A stretch of 30,030 bases of DNA. It comes from a virus (lineage: Duplodnaviria > Caudoviricetes). The DNA lies in the IMG/VR virus record IMGVR_UViG_3300044580_000067, positions 1 to 30,030 of that record. One strand, 5' to 3'. A model generated the notes under the pieces. It saw nothing but the letters and a program-made list of their open reading frames with translations, was not told the DNA's origin and searched no databases. The position numbers and the translations under genes were made by a program. This document shows positions 17,019 through 25,830 of the stretch, piece by piece (positions within the stretch are counted from its first letter, which is position 1; each line of letters begins with the position of its first letter).

Positions 17019-18845
17019 ATGACCGTTATTGAACTCGGGCTACAATCGATAATCGAAAGATGGTCTAACGTTGGCCCGTATTTATATCGTACTACGGTTA
17101 GCATACAAAAAATGGCATTCTTCTGGCTGTCGATTTTTGGGTGCAGGGATGAAAGGATCAGCGACAAGGATTACATACTTGCAGTCATCGCAAACGCCCT
17201 TGATAGATTCGGAATGGTGAATGACGAAGAAGAAGTTAGGAATACATTTGAGACGTGGTACTTCGACTTCGATAGCCAGGTGCTTCTTTTCAACTGTGGC
17301 CCTAACTATAACCCATTATACGATTCGATCGAATACCAGAGGGCGATAGGATACTGCGATACTCGCGTGGTATCTGTTGGAGGGAAGCAAATGCTCCCGG
17401 TATTGACCGAAGCTCCGACTGTTACCGCAGACCAGGACATGATAAACTACGATCAGCTCGCGTTCGGAGACGGGAACGTACAGGCGATGAACTATAACGG
17501 ACTGTTGGATAACATTACCAACATGAAGTTGTTCAGCAATGATTTGCGCGTTTATTATCTCGCGGACGAGCCAGGTAGGGATGAGTACGATAGAGATGAG
17601 CTTGTACCGATCTCGGGAATGTTGGTAGACGACATCAAGAACTCGATGCAGAGGACAACGTTTACGCTGAAAGACGCACGAGAAGCAATGAACGTGAAAG
17701 TCCCGACGCATTTATTTTCAAAAACAGATTATCCCGATATGTCAGACGATCAAGCGGGGAAGCCGATACCTCTCATGTACGGGCAATGTGCGGTTGTGCC
17801 AGGAATATGCGTGAACCAGGAAACTACATCGGGGCCAGCGACGTATCGTTTCTGCGAACTTCTTACCGTACTTGGGGACATACAGGTTGAGGAGGATGAC
17901 GCCTGGGTAAGTAAGACACCGACAAGCGTTGACCTAGCAAACGGCACGGTGACACTCGCAGAGGTAGACGCGCGGAACAGTGCCGACTCTCCACCTCGTC
18001 CTTGCCGCATGGTTGATGGCGTGGGAATATCAAACAGCAATCCTGGTGATGTTATAATCGACCTTGACCTACGAGCGAATGGGATCACCTTCACCGATTC
18101 GTTTTATGACGTGGTAGAGTTTGCAGAAGAACTTGGCACTCTATCACCAGTAGGAATACTCATAGACGAAGCAACGGAGCTGAATGAAGTAATAAGGCAG
18201 TTGCAGGAAGGATCAAGTAATCGGTTTCGGTATGAATACAACGCGGAGTTAAAGCGAACGGCGCGACTAGATAATCCAGATCGTGAAAGCATTATGTTCG
18301 TATCGAAAGAGGAGATACTTGAGAATGACCGCATAGAGCTTTACACGGACAGGGACACGATCGCGGCTTATGTAGTCGTGGAATACGGAAAAGACTACGA
18401 AGCAAACAAGGTAAAAACTGTAACCGATACGTCAAGCGTAAATAGCGTAGCGAGAAGCGTGCGCGAGAAGCCAACGATTACGTTTGAAACGTTCTTGCAG
18501 ACATCAGAGGAGGCGCAGGCAAGGGCGAGCATAGAGGCTGAACGTCTTGGAAAGATCAGATGGTTTACGAAGTTGACGTTGAGGGGTGAACGGTTTTTGA
18601 CTTTGCGAATATATGATATGCTCACTGTCGAGTTACTATCAGATACGCGCGAGTGGGCAGGAGTTTGGAAGTGCCAGGTGCTAGGGACTGATCCAGACAC
18701 TAAGGTAAAAACAAACAAGGTACGCCTTGTGCTTGAAAAGAAGGTAGTAAGACCGGACGATGACAAAACACTTCGCATCGTAGATGACGGAAGCATACGC
18801 ATTGCAGTCGTAGGAATAAATGAGTTTATCAGGGAGGTAAGATAA
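17019..18845 (+). CDS. Tail tip / baseplate hub protein (putative)
   Basis: 608 aa; GKPIPLMYG motif typical of tail-tip proteins, plus synteny. Confidence 0.6.
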   Translation: MTVIELGLQSIIERWSNVGPYLYRTTVSIQKMAFFWLSIFGCRDERISDKDYILAVIANALDRFGMVNDEEEVRNTFETWYFDFDSQVLLFNCGPNYNPLYDSIEYQRAIGYCDTRVVSVGGKQMLPVLTEAPTVTADQDMINYDQLAFGDGNVQAMNYNGLLDNITNMKLFSNDLRVYYLADEPGRDEYDRDELVPISGMLVDDIKNSMQRTTFTLKDAREAMNVKVPTHLFSKTDYPDMSDDQAGKPIPLMYGQCAVVPGICVNQETTSGPATYRFCELLTVLGDIQVEEDDAWVSKTPTSVDLANGTVTLAEVDARNSADSPPRPCRMVDGVGISNSNPGDVIIDLDLRANGITFTDSFYDVVEFAEELGTLSPVGILIDEATELNEVIRQLQEGSSNRFRYEYNAELKRTARLDNPDRESIMFVSKEEILENDRIELYTDRDTIAAYVVVEYGKDYEANKVKTVTDTSSVNSVARSVREKPTITFETFLQTSEEAQARASIEAERLGKIRWFTKLTLRGERFLTLRIYDMLTVELLSDTREWAGVWKCQVLGTDPDTKVKTNKVRLVLEKKVVRPDDDKTLRIVDDGSIRIAVVGINEFIREVR

Positions 18846-20881
18846 TGGCCGAGCGTGGATACATCAATATAGACGGGTTGCCCGATTCCGTGATACCGCT
18901 TCCTGCCGATGCGATGGTAGAGGTTGAGATAGGCGGGAAAAATTATCGCGTTCCATACGGAGAGCTTGGCGGCACTCCTGCTAGTCATGCCCCTTCGCAT
19001 CGTGATGGTGGAGCTGACGAAATAGCAAACTCAACTCCTGGCGCTGGTGTAATACCAAAGGCAGATGGAAACGGAACGCTCAACGACTGGATTGCTCCAG
19101 CCTCAACGACGCTTGCCGGAAAAGTTATGTTAGCCGAGAATGGAGAGGCAAGCGCGACAAAGGCCGTATCCGCGACTGATTCAAGGCTTACAAACACGAG
19201 ACAGCCAACCGCGCATGGTGCGAGCCATGTGAACGGAGTTGACCAAATACCAAATGCGACGCCAACCGTTTCTGGGCTTATGTCTGCGGCTGACAAGGCC
19301 GCGTTCGACGCTTATGATCCAACCAATATGCCGAGTAACAACGAGAAGGCCGCGCTCGTTGGTTCGTATGGAACTCCAGGTGCAACGAATCCTTATTTAA
19401 CAGCTACCGACCCGAGGCTTGAGGCAATAGCGTTCAACCCGTTATTCGCGTTCAAAGAGGAGACACAGCCTTTTGGTTTTCCGTTGACTGATATAGAGAA
19501 TCACGGGGGAACAATTTACGCGACTGGTTCGCCTGGTGATTTATACAAAGGCATTGGATTGACTTTGTACTCGACGGGTCAGACACAACGTGCTTATAGT
19601 TCTTTGTGTTCGCACAACGGAGAACTTTACGTTTTCGTTTATGGCGGCGATGTATACAAGCTGGACGGTTCAAATGTATTGCAACCGACCGGACAAACGG
19701 CGCGAAACTGGGCGTTTTCCTGTGTACATGATGGAGAGCTGTACGCCTTAGCAGATGGCAGACTCTACAAGATGAACAGCTCGGAGGTTTTCGAGCTTGC
19801 CTCATCGTTGAACTCAAGCTATGCGAAAGGTATCGAGTCTCACAACGGAGAGCTATTACTGGCGACATCGGATGCAACGGCTGGTTACGGCATTTGGAGA
19901 TATACAGAGGACTTGTCGTTCGAGCTTTATATAGATACAGCGATAAAGATCGTGAATATGTACGATCTTGACGGTACGCTTTATCTGAATGATGCCAGCG
20001 GAAATGTTTATATGCTTGACGAGGCGAACATAATACACGTCAGCATCGAAACAGGCCAGCATATATACGGAATGACTGAATACGAAAGCCGATTGATAGC
20101 TTGCTCGAATCTCGTATCGCCGAGCGTTGGAAGCATCTATGTTTTTGAAAATATATCGGCAAGATCAGTTGGCATTGCGGACGGAGAATACACGTTGCCA
20201 GGTGTATTTCCGTTAGGTGTTGAAAAAACATTTTATAATACCGGATCGGGTACGCTTACGTTGAATCTGCCAAGCGGCGGAACGCTTGATGGATGGGCGG
20301 CGTATTGCGAAATATGGGGCGGCGATTATTTAACGATAGAACGAGTTAGCGAAACAGCGTGGGAGGTTCGAGGTGGATCGCGAGTTGCAGGACGCGGAAC
20401 AGTTATAGAACACGCTGGAGCGACTGTTCCTTGGGGATGGGGTGAATGTGATGGCCACGCGTTGAGCAGGACTACTCACGCCCGCCTTTTTTTAATTATT
20501 GGGACTACGTTTGGCGTTGGCGATGGAAGTACGACCTTTAACGTGCCGGACAAGCGGGAAGTTGTTTCCGTCGGAATAGGTGAGCGGGCTTCTGGCGTTG
20601 TAGACCATGATACATTCACCCAGGGGCAATTTAAGGACGACCAGTTTGCAGACCACGGACACGAGATGGGTCTTGGTGGGCAATCTGGTTCGGAAACATG
20701 GAACGCCACAAACTACCCGAATACCACCCCGCAGGGTGGTTTTTATACAGGTGATACGGACAAGACAAAAACAAACACTGTGGTGGTAGAAAAGGCGAGG
20801 ACTATCACCGAAAACCCTGTGAGGTCAGGGACAGTAACGCGCGGAAAATCGATAGGTGCGCGTTTCTTGATTAAGTATTAG
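18845..20881 (+). CDS. Tail fibre / receptor-binding protein with tail collar domain
   Basis: HxxSHxxGxDxI and DxRL fibre motifs, central repeats (SHNGEL, VHDGEL) suggesting a beta-propeller, and C-terminal collar GTVIEHAG..PWGWGECDG..SRT..RLF..IGTTFG.GDGSTTFNVPD. Confidence 0.85.
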   Translation: MAERGYINIDGLPDSVIPLPADAMVEVEIGGKNYRVPYGELGGTPASHAPSHRDGGADEIANSTPGAGVIPKADGNGTLNDWIAPASTTLAGKVMLAENGEASATKAVSATDSRLTNTRQPTAHGASHVNGVDQIPNATPTVSGLMSAADKAAFDAYDPTNMPSNNEKAALVGSYGTPGATNPYLTATDPRLEAIAFNPLFAFKEETQPFGFPLTDIENHGGTIYATGSPGDLYKGIGLTLYSTGQTQRAYSSLCSHNGELYVFVYGGDVYKLDGSNVLQPTGQTARNWAFSCVHDGELYALADGRLYKMNSSEVFELASSLNSSYAKGIESHNGELLLATSDATAGYGIWRYTEDLSFELYIDTAIKIVNMYDLDGTLYLNDASGNVYMLDEANIIHVSIETGQHIYGMTEYESRLIACSNLVSPSVGSIYVFENISARSVGIADGEYTLPGVFPLGVEKTFYNTGSGTLTLNLPSGGTLDGWAAYCEIWGGDYLTIERVSETAWEVRGGSRVAGRGTVIEHAGATVPWGWGECDGHALSRTTHARLFLIIGTTFGVGDGSTTFNVPDKREVVSVGIGERASGVVDHDTFTQGQFKDDQFADHGHEMGLGGQSGSETWNATNYPNTTPQGGFYTGDTDKTKTNTVVVEKARTITENPVRSGTVTRGKSIGARFLIKY

Positions 20882-20917
20882 TTGATCGGCAATGACAATT
20901 TCTGTAAGGGGAACAAA

Positions 20918-21265
20918 ATGAATGTCGAAGCTATGCAGAGTTTTTTTGAGGTTGTTGGCGGGCCTTTGATTGTCGCAATACTGCTGTGGCTCGCCGCGAA
21001 AACGAGAAAGCTATTGAGGAAAATAGCGGAACTCGCGGCGATCATGTCAGACGTGTACGACTTGAAAACTATCGCGTGTGCGACGCTGTGCAGACTCGAC
21101 GCGCAGGACGAGGCGATGAAGCAGATATTCCACGCGATGGAAATGGGAAGGGTGAATGGCGAGGCAAAGGCCGCGATAGGAGCTATGGGAACGGCGAGGA
21201 ATAACACGGACGAAATTATTCGGCAAATGTCTCTCAAAAAAGAAAGACCAGAGCCGATATGGTGA
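20918..21265 (+). CDS. Holin-like membrane protein (one N-terminal TM helix)
   Basis: VVGGPLIVAILLWLAA followed by basic residues; first gene of the lysis region. Confidence 0.45.
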   Translation: MNVEAMQSFFEVVGGPLIVAILLWLAAKTRKLLRKIAELAAIMSDVYDLKTIACATLCRLDAQDEAMKQIFHAMEMGRVNGEAKAAIGAMGTARNNTDEIIRQMSLKKERPEPIW

Positions 21266-21273
21266 GGTGAAGA

Positions 21274-21720
21274 ATGAAGTACACGGTACGATACGCGCAT
21301 CTTGCCAAAAAACCCGATCTCAAGGTTGGCGACAAGGTGTACGAGGGCGACAAGATCGGCGTAATGGGGAACACTGGAGCGAGCCACGGGGCGCATCTGC
21401 ACATTGATTGCGTCGTTGGTCGAGTCGCCAGGAAATACACGCTTGAGGAAATCGAGAACGGCAACCCGACTGCTGCGATTAGGCAGTTAAATATGTTTAT
21501 CGACAACGGGCTTTTCAAAGCTCCGTATCAAATAACGACGTACTACGGTTGCCCAGATTATCAGCAGAGATTCAAAAAGGTGCATACCGGATACGATGTG
21601 ATACCTGAATCTGGCGACTGGTCGATATACTGGAATCGGTCGAAAGAAGGCGAGGTTGTTTCCGTCGTGTCCGCTGATCCAGGGTACGGGAACTACATAC
21701 TGATTAGTTTCGACGCATAG
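21274..21720 (+). CDS. M23-family peptidoglycan peptidase (endolysin), circularly permuted
   Basis: YAHL..KVGD.V..G..IG.MGNTG.S.GAHLH occupies aa 7-43. ITTYYG, HTGYD and GYGNY occupy aa 87-141. Confidence 0.85.
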   Translation: MKYTVRYAHLAKKPDLKVGDKVYEGDKIGVMGNTGASHGAHLHIDCVVGRVARKYTLEEIENGNPTAAIRQLNMFIDNGLFKAPYQITTYYGCPDYQQRFKKVHTGYDVIPESGDWSIYWNRSKEGEVVSVVSADPGYGNYILISFDA

Positions 21721-21730
21721 GAGTGGTAAC

Positions 21731-21940
21731 ATGGCAGATTTTTTAGCTTTCATAGGTGGGCGTTCTCTCGTAGAGCTGTGCCTGTTCGCGCTCATGGTTG
21801 TGTTTTCCGTGAGCATGATCCTTGTCGCAGTCTACTTGTTCATCAGCTTCCTGCTTCGCCGCATGAAACAAGAAGGGGTAGACAAAGCGAGCATCGGGAT
21901 CGCAAGTGTAGACTTCAATGACGAGGAGGGAAAGAAGTGA
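21731..21940 (+). CDS. Small membrane protein (holin/antiholin-like)
   Basis: Long hydrophobic stretch with charged C-tail; RBS AGGAG; inside the lysis cassette. Confidence 0.55.
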   Translation: MADFLAFIGGRSLVELCLFALMVVFSVSMILVAVYLFISFLLRRMKQEGVDKASIGIASVDFNDEEGKK

Positions 21941-22527
21941 AAGTACTAAGCCATGAGTTTCGAGAGGTAACGCGCGGGCCGTGGATCACTGCAGGAAGGG
22001 ACGTTCAGTTCAAGCTCATCGGCAGAACGTTGTACGTCGAATGTTCGGACGGGAAAAGCGACTGGCGCTACAACCTCGCGTTCGGAAAGAAAACTTACGA
22101 TGGCGGTGATGTTAAGTTTCGTGCGCATCGCGGTTTTAGAAAACTGTGGCTATCGATCAAGGACGAGATCGAAAAACTCGACTTTGAAATTGTCGTTTGC
22201 TACTCCCAGGGCGCGGGAATTGGCGTTTTCATTCACGAGAACTTTTACCATCGCAAAGGGTACGAGCCGACAACCTACGCTTTCGGAGCGCCGCGTGTGG
22301 TTTGGATGCCGTCGAAGGAGTTGCGAACTCGATTCACCCAATTCTACCGAATCAAAAACAAGGAGGACATCGTAACGCGAGTCCCGCCCGCAATTCTTGG
22401 CTATAAGCACGTCGGGCAGGAAATCATATTAGATCGAAAGGTGAAGCGGCCAAAGGGCTGTAACATTTTCCGTTGGCTCTCGGGACACGCGCCCGAGATG
22501 TATAACTTGCGATTGGAGGGACTTTGA
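21937..22527 (+). CDS. Class-3 lipase-like alpha/beta hydrolase
   Basis: AHRGF, nucleophile elbow CYSQGAG (Ser90), FGAPRV, EDIVTRVPP..GYKHVG and a C-terminal His (GHAP..Y). Confidence 0.85.
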   Translation: MKVLSHEFREVTRGPWITAGRDVQFKLIGRTLYVECSDGKSDWRYNLAFGKKTYDGGDVKFRAHRGFRKLWLSIKDEIEKLDFEIVVCYSQGAGIGVFIHENFYHRKGYEPTTYAFGAPRVVWMPSKELRTRFTQFYRIKNKEDIVTRVPPAILGYKHVGQEIILDRKVKRPKGCNIFRWLSGHAPEMYNLRLEGL

Positions 22528-23027
22528 AAAAAGTAATCACGTTCTTTGTCGCGGCCTTTTTGATACTCATTCTCGGAGGCTGTGAGACCGTTCCTGTTGT
22601 CGTTGACACGTCGGGAGTTGTTGAAACGCAAAGCAACCTGGCCGCGACTGGTGCCACGATTGACGCAGGAGTAGGCGTCGTCGTAGATCATAGCCAGGAG
22701 CTTGCGGACGCTCTCGCGAAGCTCGCGGCCAACGACGTTAAACTAAAAACTGAAGCGGAGAAAGCGGCCAGAATTGCGAAAGAAGCCGTCGAACTGAAAG
22801 CCCAAGCGGAAAAATTAAATAAGGACATCGAAACCGCCAGGGAAGAAGTAACCGCGTCAATCTCGCGCGAGGCAGAAACAAGCAAAAAAATACTAAAGTT
22901 AAATCTGGAGAAGGCAGACCTGGAAAAACAGGTTTGGCCGCTAAGGATAGCTCTTGTATCGCTCGTGGCTCTCGTGCTGTTGTTTATATTTTTGAAGATC
23001 AAAGGGCTGTTTACTGGGTTCCCCTAA
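22524..23027 (+). CDS. Unimolecular-spanin-like lipoprotein
   Basis: Signal peptide with lipobox LGGC (Cys20), coiled-coil middle, C-terminal TM helix followed by KIK. Last gene of the lysis cassette. Confidence 0.7.
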   Translation: MKKVITFFVAAFLILILGGCETVPVVVDTSGVVETQSNLAATGATIDAGVGVVVDHSQELADALAKLAANDVKLKTEAEKAARIAKEAVELKAQAEKLNKDIETAREEVTASISREAETSKKILKLNLEKADLEKQVWPLRIALVSLVALVLLFIFLKIKGLFTGFP

Positions 23028-23127
23028 AAACGCTCTATAACGCATCAGGAGGCCCTTTATAGAGGACTTCTGGGCATTTTTATGAATATACCCATAATAG
23101 GGAAAAACACCCATTAAAAGGCGTTTT

Positions 23128-23167
23128 CCACCCCTGGGCTAACCAAGACCCCCAGGGGTGGTTTTTT
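23128..23167 (+). terminator. Intrinsic terminator ending the late operon
   Basis: CCACCCCTGGG / CCCAGGGGTGG perfect 11-bp stem followed by TTTTTT. Confidence 0.9.
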
Positions 23168-23178
23168 CTGAAAAAATA

Positions 23179-23209
23179 ACTAGACAGATAAAAAAAAACG
23201 TGCTAGACT
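23179..23209 (+). promoter_or_regulatory. Early promoter with -35 TAGACA
   Basis: A-rich UP tract, ACTAGACA, 17 nt spacer, TG-C-TAGACT (23204-23209). Confidence 0.7.
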
Positions 23210-23292
23210 AACCTTATTAAAGACTCCATTGGAGGTTAGTTTGAAAAACACTTTACGTCGCGCCATGCCTATAGCTGGAAAACCTCTAAACT

Positions 23293-23388
23293 ATGATTGA
23301 AATAATGGGATACACGCCGGATATGATAGACGTTGGTTTAATCATATTTGCGGGTCTCATGTTGTTTCTTTATCAGGCTATTAAGTAA
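23293..23388 (+). CDS. 31-aa single-TM peptide (not in ORF track)
   Basis: MIEIMGYTPDMIDVGLIIFAGLMLFLYQAIK. Overlaps the stop of a 19-codon uORF (23241-23300) that has RBS GGAGG. Confidence 0.5.
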   Translation: MIEIMGYTPDMIDVGLIIFAGLMLFLYQAIK

Positions 23389-23399
23389 GGAGGGAGGCA

Positions 23400-23507
23400 T
23401 TGAAGAATCCATTTACATCCTGGGTCTGTGAGATTGCGTTAGGCGTTCTCATGGCAATCATTATCGTAGCGATGATAATTTTCGTCGTCAAAATGATGGG
23501 GGAGTGA
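23400..23507 (+). CDS. 35-aa single-TM peptide (not in ORF track)
   Basis: RBS AAGGAGGGAGG with TTG start; MKNPFTSWVCEIALGVLMAIIIVAMIIFVVKMMGE; TGATG coupling to the next gene. Confidence 0.6.
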   Translation: MKNPFTSWVCEIALGVLMAIIIVAMIIFVVKMMGE

Positions 23508-23710
23508 TGAAGCGGACGCAGTTCATTTATTCAGGGGTTCGAGGGGAGAGAACCGAAAGCGGGCTGTTGTTTCGAGTAAACGACATCGGCTATCTATGCT
23601 CGAACTTGAACGATGTTAAAGACATCGTACACTCTGTAAGAAAGGAGGTGAGAAAGCGGTATAGGACGAACGCCGATGGAGTAGTTACGACTCTATTCGT
23701 ACAAAACTAA
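23507..23710 (+). CDS. Hypothetical protein
   Basis: Coupled start, 67 aa, fills the gap before the ATPase gene. Confidence 0.6.
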   Translation: MKRTQFIYSGVRGERTESGLLFRVNDIGYLCSNLNDVKDIVHSVRKEVRKRYRTNADGVVTTLFVQN

Positions 23711-23727
23711 TTTACAAGGAGCTTATT

Positions 23728-24651
23728 ATGATTCGCAAAGCAACGGAAATTAACCCTTCGCGGAAGTACCGCATACTGCTGTACGGAGTTCCCGGCGTCA
23801 GGAAAACGTCGGTAGCCATCTCCGCGCCGCGAACGCTACTCATCGACACAGAAGGCGGTTACGACCGTGTTGACGCCAGGTTCCGCAGGGCCGCGTACAT
23901 TCAGCCGAAAACCTACGACGAACTTCTTTCCGACCTCACCCCCGAGAACGTGAAGGACTTCGACACTATCGCAATCGATACGGGCGGCGCGTTGCTCGAA
24001 ATGATGAAGTCATACGTCATCTCGCAGAACGCCAAGAACGGCCAGAAGGACGGCACGACGCTTTCCATTCAGGGGTACGGGGCAATCGGGCGCGAGTTCG
24101 CCAGGATCATTGATCGTTGCTATCGAGTTCTCGACAAGAACGTTGTCTTGGTTTTCCACGCGAAGGAGGACAAGGACGGCGACCAGCTCATCTACCGGAT
24201 CGACGTCGAGGGAGGCACGAAAAATGCCATCTGGAAGTCGATGGATTTGGCCGGGTTCATGGAAGTAAGGGGACAGCGGTACTTCGTGTCGTTCTCTCCG
24301 ACCGAGCGCGTGTACGCGAAATCGACGCGCGGCATATCCGGCGAAATCGAAATCCCGACGATAAACGGTAACGAGAAGAACGACATCCTTTCGCGTCTGT
24401 TCGATCGGCTACGCGAGGCAGGAAGGAAGGACGCCGAGCTTGTCGCGCAATACGACGCAGTTATCGGCAACGCCAGGGAAATCGTGGACGGCGTAACCGA
24501 CAAGGAGACTGCGAGCGACGCCATGAAGAAACTTGGGGAACTTCCCGAGATTTTCGAGTCGAAGCGAGAGGCGTGGGAAATGCTCAAGACGAAGGCGTCA
24601 AGTCTCGGACTGGCGTATACCAAGGATGGATTCGTCGAGGCGGCGGTATGA
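23728..24651 (+). CDS. AAA_24/Sak4-like ssDNA-annealing ATPase
   Basis: ILLYGVPGVRKT Walker A variant, LLIDTEGG, IAIDT, VFHAKE. Confidence 0.85.
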   Translation: MIRKATEINPSRKYRILLYGVPGVRKTSVAISAPRTLLIDTEGGYDRVDARFRRAAYIQPKTYDELLSDLTPENVKDFDTIAIDTGGALLEMMKSYVISQNAKNGQKDGTTLSIQGYGAIGREFARIIDRCYRVLDKNVVLVFHAKEDKDGDQLIYRIDVEGGTKNAIWKSMDLAGFMEVRGQRYFVSFSPTERVYAKSTRGISGEIEIPTINGNEKNDILSRLFDRLREAGRKDAELVAQYDAVIGNAREIVDGVTDKETASDAMKKLGELPEIFESKREAWEMLKTKASSLGLAYTKDGFVEAAV

Positions 24652-25298
24652 AACCGCTACTCATAACCGCTTCGCTTCTCGGGTCGTGGCGATACGCATT
24701 TGAGGCGTGGGAAGATCGAGAAGCCGAGGCGCTGGAGGAACTCGCCAAGACAATTCGGCGCGAACCGCTAACGGACAACGAGGCGATGAAGGCTGGGCGC
24801 GTGTTCGAGAACCGCGTGAGGATGGAGACAACGGAAGATCGATCATGGTTAACGAAAGACGACCTGAAAGACCTACTGGAATCGCCCGACCCGATGGAAG
24901 GCGACTACCTCGCGTGCGTCAAAGAGATCGCCGCAGAGGTTATTGACGGAACATGGCAGGTTAAGTTAAGCCGCGAGGAAGAGATCGACGGACAGCGTTT
25001 TCTGTTATACGGCAGGCTTGACGTTTTGCGTGGGCCGGAAGTAATTGACCTAAAGTTTTCTCGGACGTTCGAGGTAGGGAAGTATCGCGACGCGCCGCAA
25101 ACAAAGATGTATCTGTACCTCGCGGAAAAATGCTTGAGGATGCGGTATCTCATATCTGACGGGCGAGAGACATACGAGGACGTTTACAACCGTGCGGACG
25201 TTGCGCCGATTCAGTCGGAAGTCGCCGAGTTCTGGTCGTGGCTACAAACCAAACCGGAATTACTGGCGACATATATCGAGAAGTGGCAGTCAAAGTAA
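24648..25298 (+). CDS. PD-(D/E)XK nuclease-like protein
   Basis: YGRLDVL...VIDLKFS and Q..MY motifs; ATGA overlap with the Sak4-like gene. Confidence 0.7.
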   Translation: MKPLLITASLLGSWRYAFEAWEDREAEALEELAKTIRREPLTDNEAMKAGRVFENRVRMETTEDRSWLTKDDLKDLLESPDPMEGDYLACVKEIAAEVIDGTWQVKLSREEEIDGQRFLLYGRLDVLRGPEVIDLKFSRTFEVGKYRDAPQTKMYLYLAEKCLRMRYLISDGRETYEDVYNRADVAPIQSEVAEFWSWLQTKPELLATYIEKWQSK

Positions 25299-25315
25299 CT
25301 GCGAGGAGGAAGTAA

Positions 25316-25780
25316 ATGTACGGAAGCGGATACGAGGAGAGGGAATACACGAGGATTGTTCCCGAGGGTGATTACGAAGTCGTGCTGGGGTATCCCCAAG
25401 ACACGACGACGAAAAACGGTTATCCGATACGGAAAATCCCGGTGAAGATCGTTGGGTACGAAGGATACTACCCGAACGAGTGGACGTGGTTTGACCGTCC
25501 TACTGACGACGTAGAGAAGATGGCGCGATGGAACTCCGACAGGACGAGAGACGCCGACGTATTCGGGGTAGCCCGTGGAGATTTCCGGCCCGAGGCGTGG
25601 CAGGGGAAGCGCGGGTGGGTACGAATCGCAAAGGACAGGGAGGGCTTTACGAAAGTTTTGTGGTCAGTTACAGCTCCGCAGAAAAACCGTCAAGCTCCAG
25701 TTTCGCAAAAAGAAGAAAGCGAACCGCCCGTGAACACCTACGAAGGCGAGCGAGAGCCAGGCGTCGACATTCCATTCTAA
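25316..25780 (+). CDS. Phage single-stranded DNA-binding protein (DUF669-like)
   Basis: VPEGDYEV N-terminal motif, acidic tail ending DIPF, in the recombination module. Confidence 0.75.
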   Translation: MYGSGYEEREYTRIVPEGDYEVVLGYPQDTTTKNGYPIRKIPVKIVGYEGYYPNEWTWFDRPTDDVEKMARWNSDRTRDADVFGVARGDFRPEAWQGKRGWVRIAKDREGFTKVLWSVTAPQKNRQAPVSQKEESEPPVNTYEGEREPGVDIPF

Positions 25781-25787
25781 GCAATCG

Positions 25788-25817
25788 CCCCGCCGTGTAA
25801 AAAGCGGCGGGGTTTCT
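25788..25817 (+). terminator. Intrinsic terminator
   Basis: CCCCGCCG / CGGCGGGG stem followed by TTTCT. Confidence 0.7.
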
Positions 25818-25830
25818 CGAGGAGAGCATA

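Noticed and set aside
18845-20881. Diversity-generating retroelement target in the tail fibre
   Set aside because: No reverse transcriptase and no template/variable repeat pair seen in the window.
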